IMG/VR virus record: IMGVR_UViG_2698536647_000010
DNA: 12,502 nt
Direction: 5' to 3' (one strand)
From: a virus
Lineage: Duplodnaviria; Heunggongvirae; Uroviricota; Caudoviricetes
The translations under genes and the position numbers were made by a program. Under the pieces are notes generated by a model. The model searched no databases, was not told the origin of the DNA, and was given only the letters and a program-made list of their open reading frames with translations. Of the stretch, positions 6,606 to 12,502 are shown piece by piece (positions within the stretch are counted from its first letter, which is position 1; each line of letters opens with the position of its first letter).

Positions 6606-6734
6606 ATGGATTTCGACACAATCATGGAAAAGGCTTACGAAGAATACTTCGAAGGCCTTGCCGAAGGCGAAGAAGCTCTCAGCTTCAGTGAGTTTAAACA
6701 GGCGCTTTCCAGCTCGGCAAAATCTAACGGCTGA
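6606..6734 (+). CDS. ydfB: YdfB-like small protein (42 aa)
   Basis: Hand-translated: MDFDTIMEKAYEEYFEGLAEGEEALSFSEFKQALSSSAKSNG. Its start lies 1 nt after the ydfA-like stop, consistent with translational coupling. Confidence 0.6.
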   Translation: MDFDTIMEKAYEEYFEGLAEGEEALSFSEFKQALSSSAKSNG

Positions 6735-6763
6735 TAAGCGAAGCAGCACCGCGAGGAATCAGT

Positions 6764-6982
6764 ATGCAGAAACGAGAACCCGTCATCATCGCGCCAGACT
6801 ATACCGATGATGAACTTTATGAGTGGATGCGCCAGAAAATTAATGCAGCGCAGGATCTGAAATGGGCCAATGAAGCCAGGACTAAGCAGGCTGAAAATCT
6901 GTCCGCTCTGGAGCAGGATATCACCAGGCTGGAAAAAGCAGCGGCATTAAGCATTGCCAGAATGATTACATACCCACGTTAA
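6764..6982 (+). CDS. ydfC: YdfC-like protein (72 aa)
   Basis: 72-aa ORF with GAGG about 7 nt upstream of the ATG. Assigned by size and synteny with ydfA/ydfB and dicF/dicB; the sequence itself was not independently recognised. Confidence 0.55.
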   Translation: MQKREPVIIAPDYTDDELYEWMRQKINAAQDLKWANEARTKQAENLSALEQDITRLEKAAALSIARMITYPR

Positions 6983-7004
6983 TAGCTAACCAACGAGGCT
7001 AATA

Positions 7005-7325
7005 ATGGAATTTAAAGATTTACCAATGCCATTCCAGGAAATGGCAGCGAATGTGGTTCGCTCTCAACTGGCGACTCTTGACCTGAGTACCGTAGAAAAA
7101 GAAACCATCGACAATATATCCGGTAACGTACGCCGAGCCTTTATCGGGCTGTACGAAGAGAAGCAGCTCTCTGATAACCAGGATTTACATGAAAAATACT
7201 TCCTGGATCTAATGGACCTCATTGATAAGGGGTTTGGCTTGTTAATGAAAAAGAAAGGGATTCGAATAGAACCCCTTGAAAATTACTTTGCAACAAAAAG
7301 CATTAATTCTTTTGATTCAAAATAA
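7005..7325 (+). CDS. Hypothetical protein (106 aa), unrecognised; first gene of a convergent pair between ydfC and dicF
   Basis: GAGG lies 6 nt before the ATG and the gene starts 22 nt after the ydfC-like stop, in the operon orientation. Acidic, probably helical protein. No homolog recalled. Confidence 0.55.
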   Translation: MEFKDLPMPFQEMAANVVRSQLATLDLSTVEKETIDNISGNVRRAFIGLYEEKQLSDNQDLHEKYFLDLMDLIDKGFGLLMKKKGIRIEPLENYFATKSINSFDSK

Positions 7326-7578
7326 GAGAATTAATTACAGACTTAACATGCTCTTTCTCATGATTGAAGCTCTCATGATTGAAAGTGCCGGGTTGAAGCG
7401 AGTCGATATAATCAACAAGACTCTGTCGTACGACTTCATTTTTATCCATAACAGATGCAAGAAATGAAATTGCTAAAAGAGTTATATCACTACGCGCCGC
7501 AGCATGTTGCAATGCTTTATCAAAATTATTAATCTGGCGTATCAGGGAGTTAATGATTTCATCATTTTCAGTCGACAT
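7303..7578 (-). CDS. Hypothetical protein (91 aa), unrecognised; antisense to the dicB operon, 3' end overlaps the preceding gene by 23 bp
   Basis: Strong SD AGGAGGG 5 nt before ATG (7576-7578); product MSTENDEIINSLIRQINNF... The longer track ORF (to 7911) has an Arg/Pro-rich, non-protein-like N-terminal extension, so the internal start is preferred. Confidence 0.5.
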   Translation of the reverse strand: MSTENDEIINSLIRQINNFDKALQHAAARSDITLLAISFLASVMDKNEVVRQSLVDYIDSLQPGTFNHESFNHEKEHVKSVINSLILNQKN

Positions 7579-7849
7579 TTCACCCTCCTGAGGGTTGGTG
7601 ATTAAGGAGTTCTCCACGGGTGAGGTGGAGTGCGTGCGCCGGACACGGGTGAGCATCCGGCACTGACAGTTTACTGAAAGGATATTTCCCTGAAAAGTCA
7701 GACCATAACGCGAAAGCGCACGGCGAGGTAGCTGGTTCATAGATAGCCTGTCGTTAAATTTTCGTCGATCGTGCGCTTCCGGTTGTGGCAATCCGCGAAA
7801 TGGCGCGGCGGTAAGTATGGCGGGGTTATTCCTTCCCCGTTGAGGACAC

Positions 7850-7889
7850 CGGGTTGTCAGGTTGACCATACGCTTAAGTGACAACCCCG
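7850..7889 (+). other. Hairpin about 24 nt upstream of DicF (possible processing structure of the DicF precursor)
   Basis: Inverted repeat GGGTTGTCA (7851-7859) and TGACAACCC (7880-7888) with a loop of about 20 nt. Confidence 0.3.
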
Positions 7890-7912
7890 CTGCAACGCCC
7901 TCTGTTATCAAT

Positions 7913-7965
7913 TTTCTGGTGACGTTTGGCGGTATCAGTTTTACTCCGTGACTGCTCTGCCGCCG
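7913..7965 (+). ncRNA. dicF: DicF small RNA (cell-division inhibitor sRNA that targets ftsZ mRNA)
   Basis: TTTCTGGTGACGTTTGGCGGTATCAGTTTTACTCCGTGACTGCTCTGCCGCC followed by a T-run (7966-7970) matches the recalled E. coli DicF sequence almost base for base. It lies about 175 nt upstream of dicB, as in Qin. Confidence 0.85.
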
Positions 7966-8139
7966 TTTTTAAAGTGAATTTTGTGATGCGGTGAATGCGG
8001 CTGAGCGCACGCGGAACAGTTAAAAACAAAAACAGTGTTATGGGTGGATTCTCTGTATCCGACGTTAATTGTTAACTGGTTAACGTCACCTGGAGGCACC
8101 AGGCACTGCATCACAAAATTCATTGTTGAGGACGCGATA

Positions 8140-8328
8140 ATGAAAACGTTATTACCAAACGTTAATACGTCTGAAGGTTGTTTTGAAATTGGTGTCACTA
8201 TCAGTAACCCTGTATTTACTGAAGATGCCATTAACAAGAGAAAACAAGAACGGGAGCTATTAAATAAAATATGCATTGTTTCAATGCTGGCTCGTTTACG
8301 TCTGATGCCAAAAGGATGTGCACAATGA
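8140..8328 (+). CDS. dicB: DicB, cell division inhibitor (MinC-dependent), 62 aa
   Basis: Translation MKTLLPNVNTSEGCFEIGVTISNPVFTEDAINKRKQERELLNKICIVSMLARLRLMPKGCAQ matches recalled DicB. The track ORF starts upstream at 8035 from a non-ATG start; the ATG at 8140 is taken as the true start. Confidence 0.9.
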   Translation: MKTLLPNVNTSEGCFEIGVTISNPVFTEDAINKRKQERELLNKICIVSMLARLRLMPKGCAQ

Positions 8329-8516
8329 ATTCAGCATTTGCGCTTGTTCTGACAGTTTTTCTTGTTTCCGGAGTGCCAGTTGATATTGCAGTCAGTGTTC
8401 ACAGGACAATGCAGGAGTGTATGACTGCAGCAACCGAACAGAAAATTCCCGGTAACTGTTACCCGGTCGATAAAGTTATTCACCAGGATAATATCGAAAT
8501 CCCGGCAGGTCTTTAA
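8325..8516 (+). CDS. ydfD: YdfD, small membrane/lysis-type protein of the dicB operon, 63 aa
   Basis: MNSAFALVLTVFLVSGVPVDIAVSVHRTMQECMTAATEQKIPGNCYPVDKVIHQDNIEIPAGL matches recalled YdfD. The ATG overlaps the dicB stop (ATGA). Confidence 0.85.
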   Translation: MNSAFALVLTVFLVSGVPVDIAVSVHRTMQECMTAATEQKIPGNCYPVDKVIHQDNIEIPAGL

Positions 8517-8609
8517 AACAGTTCCGTAATAAATATCCGGTTTCATTCTTATATGCCAGCAATGGCAGGGATTTGTTCATCCTTAAATCTGTCATGAGGT
8601 TAAAACAAA

Positions 8610-11081
8610 ATGAGTAAAGTCTTTATTTGCGCCGCCATTCCTGACGAACTGGCAACAAGGGAAGAAGGCGCTGTGGCTGTAGCCACAGCCATTGAAGCTG
8701 GCGACGAACGCCGTGCTCGAGCAAAATTTCACTGGCAATTCCTGGAACATTATCCGGCTGCTCAGGACTGCGCTTATAAATTTATTGTCTGCGAGGATAA
8801 ACCAGGCATACCCCGCCCTGCCCTCGATTCATGGGATGCTGAATATATGCAGGAAAACCGCTGGGATGAGGAGTCTGCTTCTTTTGTCCCGGTTGAGACT
8901 GAATCCGATCCGATGAACGTCACTTTTGACAAGCTGGCCCCTGAAGTACAGAACGCTGTCATGGTTAAGTTCGACACATGTGAAAACATCACCGTTGATA
9001 TGGTTATTAGCGCACAGGAATTGTTGCAGGAAGACATGGCAACATTCGACGGACATATCGTTGAAGCGTTGATGAAAATGCCAGAAGTTAACGCCATGTA
9101 TCCGGAGCTTAAGTTGCACGCCATTGGGTGGGTTAAGCATAAATGTATTCCTGGTGCTAAATGGCCCGAAATTCAGGCAGAGATGCGCATCTGGAAAAAA
9201 CGTCGCGAAGGTGAACGCAAGGAAACCGGAAAATACACGTCTGTTGTTGATCTCGCCCGCGCCAGAGCCAATCAACAGTACACTGAAAATTCAACAGGAA
9301 AAATCAGCCCGGTCATTGCTGCCATTCATCGCGAATACAAGCAGACATGGAAAACACTGGATGACGAACTGGCCTACGCTCTCTGGCCTGGTGATGTGGA
9401 TGCCGGAAACATTGACGGCAGCATCCATCGCTGGGCAAAAAATGAAGTTATCGACAACGACCGCGAAGACTGGAAGCGTATCTCGGCATCAATGCGCAAA
9501 CAGCCTGATGCCCTTCGCTACGACCGCCAGACTATTTTTGGCCTTGTCCGTGAACGTCCGATCGACATTCACAAAGACCCTGTGGCACTGAACAAATACA
9601 TTACTGAATACCTGACTACAAAGGGCGTGTTTGAAGATGAAGGAAGAAATCAGAGCGCAACTGATACTCTCTCGTCGCCAGTACCAGAAACTGATGCAGT
9701 GGAAACGGCAATTCCGGGCAACGAAAAAACCGAATGCGAAGTGGAAGACGAACCATCTGTAGAGCGTGAGGGACCGTTCTACTTCCTTTTCACCGATAAG
9801 GACGGCGAAAAATACGGTCGCGCAAACAAACTTTCTGGTCTGGAAAAAGCACTGGCCCTGGGAGCTACGGAAATCACAAAAGAGGAATACTTCGCACGTA
9901 AAAACGGCACGTACTCAGGTTCACAACAAAATACTGGTGCATCTGACACGATCGCACAACCAGAGCCGGTAAAAGTTACCGCTGACGAAGTAAACAAAAT
10001 TATGCAGGCAGCCAATATCAGCCAGCCTGACGCCAATAAGTTGCTTGCTGTATCACGTGGTGAATTTGTTGCAGGGATTAGCGACCCGAATGATCCGAAA
10101 TGGGTGAAGGGGATTGAAACCCGCGATTCAGTGAATCAGAACCAGCAAGAAACGGAACAGAACGGCCAGAAAGCGGAACAAAACAGCCCAAATGCGTTAC
10201 AAAACGAGCCAGAAACGAAACAGCCTGAACCAGTGGCGCAACAGGAAGTGGAAAAAGTCTGCACCGCCTGCGGTCAAAGCGGTGGCGGCAACTGCCCTGA
10301 TTGTGGCGCGGTGATGGGTGACGCAACATACCAGGAAACATTCGATGAAGAGAATCAGGTTGAAGTTCAGGAAAATGATCCGAAGGAAATGGAAGGCGCT
10401 GAACATCCACACAAGGAGAATGCTGGTAGCGCTCAGGATCACGCCAGCGATAGTGAAACTGGCGAGACGGCAGATCCCTTAATTGCGATGAACGGTCATC
10501 ACGTTATCACATCCACCAGCAGAATGTGGCACCACATGATGATCGACCTTGAAACCATGGGAAAAAATCCCGATGCCCCGCTTATCTCAATAGGTGCAAT
10601 ATTTTTCGATCCGCAAACCGGAGATATGGGGCCGGAATTTAGTAAGACCATCGATATGGATACTGCTGGCGGAGTCATTGATCGTGGCACCATTAAATGG
10701 TGGCTTAAGCAATCACGGGAGGCGCAATCTGCCATTCTGACCGATGAAATCCCGTTAGATGATGCACTGCTGCAATTGCGGGAATTTATCGACGAAAACT
10801 CCGGCGAATTTTTTGTTCAGGTCTGGGGAAATGGAGCCAACTTCGACAACACGATTTTGCGCCGTTCATACGAACGGCAGGGGATCCCCTGCCCATGGCG
10901 TTACTACAACGATCGCGATGTACGCACAATCGTTGAGCTGGGGAAAGCCATAGACTTCGATGCCAGAACGGCTATTCCATTCGAAGGTGAGCGCCATAAT
11001 GCACTTGATGACGCCCGTTACCAGGCAAAATACGTTTCAGTTATCTGGCAAAAACTGATCCCGAATCAGGCTGATTTTTAA
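8610..11081 (+). CDS. Large (823 aa) prophage exonuclease-like protein: YdfE-like N-terminal region, central acidic/Gln-rich linker with a CxxC...CxxC zinc ribbon, C-terminal DEDDh (DnaQ-like) 3'-5' exonuclease domain
   Basis: GAGG about 10 nt before the ATG. C-terminal motifs MMIDLETMG (Exo I, D-x-E), GNGANFDNTIL (Exo II) and HNALDDARYQA (Exo III, H-x4-D). Zinc ribbon CTACGQSGGGNCPDCG. The N-terminus MSKVFICAAIPDELATREEG... resembles what I recall of K-12 YdfE, which is a fragment there. Sits in the recombination-gene position between the kil-like genes and xis. Confidence 0.75.
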   Translation: MSKVFICAAIPDELATREEGAVAVATAIEAGDERRARAKFHWQFLEHYPAAQDCAYKFIVCEDKPGIPRPALDSWDAEYMQENRWDEESASFVPVETESDPMNVTFDKLAPEVQNAVMVKFDTCENITVDMVISAQELLQEDMATFDGHIVEALMKMPEVNAMYPELKLHAIGWVKHKCIPGAKWPEIQAEMRIWKKRREGERKETGKYTSVVDLARARANQQYTENSTGKISPVIAAIHREYKQTWKTLDDELAYALWPGDVDAGNIDGSIHRWAKNEVIDNDREDWKRISASMRKQPDALRYDRQTIFGLVRERPIDIHKDPVALNKYITEYLTTKGVFEDEGRNQSATDTLSSPVPETDAVETAIPGNEKTECEVEDEPSVEREGPFYFLFTDKDGEKYGRANKLSGLEKALALGATEITKEEYFARKNGTYSGSQQNTGASDTIAQPEPVKVTADEVNKIMQAANISQPDANKLLAVSRGEFVAGISDPNDPKWVKGIETRDSVNQNQQETEQNGQKAEQNSPNALQNEPETKQPEPVAQQEVEKVCTACGQSGGGNCPDCGAVMGDATYQETFDEENQVEVQENDPKEMEGAEHPHKENAGSAQDHASDSETGETADPLIAMNGHHVITSTSRMWHHMMIDLETMGKNPDAPLISIGAIFFDPQTGDMGPEFSKTIDMDTAGGVIDRGTIKWWLKQSREAQSAILTDEIPLDDALLQLREFIDENSGEFFVQVWGNGANFDNTILRRSYERQGIPCPWRYYNDRDVRTIVELGKAIDFDARTAIPFEGERHNALDDARYQAKYVSVIWQKLIPNQADF

Positions 11082-11145
11082 TGTTCAACCCCGGTCGTTG
11101 CCCACCAGCTATAGTGGCGGCGACCATGATTAGCGAACGACGCTC

Positions 11146-11394
11146 ATGGCAAGACTTATTCTGCTCACTGAGTGGGCAAAAGAGGAATTCAGTGAACCGG
11201 TCCCTACTCCGAGTACGTTAAGTAAATACGCTAAAGCCGGAATGATATTTCCTCTCCCCAAAAAAGTTGGGAGACGCTGGCGAGTGGATCCGCAAGCTCG
11301 CTTTGTCGGAATGGTAAACAAGCCGGAGGTGATCGCCACAGATCACCCTGCTTTGAAGAGGATACTGGAAGATGGCGCGCCCGCGAAAATATAA
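11146..11394 (+). CDS. xis: Excisionase-like protein (82 aa)
   Basis: Small basic ORF immediately upstream of the integrase and overlapping its start by 23 nt (lambda-like xis-int arrangement); RWRVD-type segment. No clear SD. Confidence 0.6.
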   Translation: MARLILLTEWAKEEFSEPVPTPSTLSKYAKAGMIFPLPKKVGRRWRVDPQARFVGMVNKPEVIATDHPALKRILEDGAPAKI

Positions 11395-12502
11395 AACCGA
11401 TGTTCCGGGATTATCTCCGTATTTTGACAAAAGAAATAACAAAGTTTACTGGCGTTACAGGCATCCCATAACAGGCAAAAATCACGGTCTCGGCAGTATT
11501 GACCAGAAACTGGCAGAAACTATTGCAGCAGAAGCGAACAGCCGTCTTGCCCGGCAGCAAATGGAACAAATGCTCAGTCTGCAGGAGAAAATTATTAGTG
11601 ATACCGGCGGTTCATCAACCGTTACCATTTTTCTGAATAATTACAGAAAAATTCAACAGGAAAGATATGAAAACGGCGAGATCAAACTCAACACGCTGAA
11701 ACAGAAAGCGGCCCCTCTCAGGGTATTTGATGAACGTTTTGGCACCAGACCGTTAGATGCCATAACCGTAAAAGATGTGGTATCAGTACTGGAAGAGTAC
11801 AAGGCCAGAGGACATAACAGAATGGGACAAATTTTCAGGAAGGTACTGATCGATGTTTTCCGGGAAGCTCAGCAAACGGGCGATGTCCCGCCAGGCTTTA
11901 ACCCTGCAGAATCGGCAAAAAAACCGCAGGTGCGGATATCAAGACAGCGACTGACTTTTGATGAGTGGATGATGATTTATAACGCAGCGGAAAAGGATGG
12001 TTACTTTTTACAGCGCGGTATGCTGCTGGCACTGATGACAGGCCAGCGCCTTTCAGATATTTGCAAAATGCAATTTTCGGATATCCGGGATGGTTATCTT
12101 CATGTCGAACAGCAAAAAACAGGAACCCGGATTGCCATCCCTCTGGCTCTGCGTTGCGATAAATTAAATCTCACCCTAGATGATGTGGTGTCATCCTGCC
12201 GCGATTGCGTTCTTAGTCCGTGGCTATTGCACCACCATCACGCGAAAGGGACAGCTAAGCGCGGCGGGATGGTTAAGCCAGCAACATTAACCGTTGCATT
12301 TAAAAAAGCCCGGGATTCTGTGGATTACAACTGGCGTGCTAATGGCACCCCACCCTCTTTCCATGAGCAGAGATCTTTATCAGAGCGATTGTTCAGAGAG
12401 CAGGGGGTTGATACCAAAATTTTGCTGGGCCATTCGAATCAAAAAATGACCGATATTTACAACGACGCACGCGGTAAGGAATGGAAAAAACTGGTCATTT
12501 GA
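11372..12502 (+). CDS. int: Tyrosine recombinase / lambda-family phage integrase (376 aa), apparently intact
   Basis: Catalytic signature present: TGQRLSDICKMQFSDI (Arg I), HEQRSL (His-x-x-Arg), LLGHSNQKMTDIY (His and nucleophile Tyr), aligning with lambda Int VVTGQR / HELRSL / LLGH...Y. Ends with a stop at 12500-12502; the att site would lie beyond the window. Confidence 0.9.
   Translation: MARPRKYKTDVPGLSPYFDKRNNKVYWRYRHPITGKNHGLGSIDQKLAETIAAEANSRLARQQMEQMLSLQEKIISDTGGSSTVTIFLNNYRKIQQERYENGEIKLNTLKQKAAPLRVFDERFGTRPLDAITVKDVVSVLEEYKARGHNRMGQIFRKVLIDVFREAQQTGDVPPGFNPAESAKKPQVRISRQRLTFDEWMMIYNAAEKDGYFLQRGMLLALMTGQRLSDICKMQFSDIRDGYLHVEQQKTGTRIAIPLALRCDKLNLTLDDVVSSCRDCVLSPWLLHHHHAKGTAKRGGMVKPATLTVAFKKARDSVDYNWRANGTPPSFHEQRSLSERLFREQGVDTKILLGHSNQKMTDIYNDARGKEWKKLVI

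Noticed and set aside
6409-6749. Minus-strand ORFs 6409-6621 and 6552-6749, and plus ORF 6601-6810
   Set aside because: They overlap the ydfA-like and ydfB-like genes on the opposite strand or out of frame; the plus-strand small genes have proper SD sequences, coupling and synteny, and these do not.
7579-7911. Long version of the minus-strand ORF (202 aa, 7303-7911)
   Set aside because: Its N-terminal 111 residues are Arg/Pro-rich and unlike protein sequence and run through the conserved DicF precursor region, while a strong SD and ATG sit at 7578; the 91-aa form is far more plausible.
8035-8139. N-terminal extension of the dicB ORF in the six-frame track (97 aa instead of 62 aa)
   Set aside because: The extension starts from a non-ATG codon and precedes the recognisable DicB sequence; DicB is known as a 62-aa protein starting MKTLLPN at the ATG at 8140.
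8692-10953. Internal and antisense ORFs within the 823-aa gene (8692-8916, 8774-9124, 8829-9275, 9124-9591, 9766-9972, 9779-10036, 10078-10410, 10197-10442, 10499-10735, 10759-10953)
   Set aside because: All lie within one long uninterrupted ORF with coherent domain motifs; none has convincing start signals.
1-12502. Possibility that the element is a phage satellite (PICI or P4-like) rather than a degraded prophage
   Set aside because: No primase-helicase (pri-rep), small terminase/redirecting genes, alpA or capsid-size determinants were seen; gene content and order are those of a lambdoid Qin/Rac-type early region.

Overview
This window reads as one arm of a lambdoid cryptic prophage of the dicB-dicF (Qin/Rac-like) type from an E. 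coli-like genome; all calls rest on reading the ORF translations and sequence by eye plus recalled family knowledge, with no searches run. Left to right: a remnant tail-fibre end on the minus strand (short Tfa-like ORF, a SAM-methyltransferase cassette on the plus strand, a frameshifted tfa pseudogene, and a C-terminal side-tail-fibre fragment with its own start). This abuts a minus-strand early-right module (Cro/YdaS-like, YdaT-like, O-like initiator with iteron clusters inside the gene, lambda-P-like loader, and a 253-aa unknown protein). Divergent from it on the plus strand are a DicA/RacR-type repressor, ydfA/ydfB/ydfC-like small genes, the DicF sRNA, dicB, ydfD, an 823-aa exonuclease-like protein, xis and a complete tyrosine integrase. 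No lysis, head or tail-shaft genes are present, so the element looks defective. The most interesting item is a convergent pair of small unrecognised genes lying between ydfC and dicF inside the dicB operon; the methyltransferase with an apparent frameshift at an A7 tract and the phased GTGAC iterons are also worth a second look.
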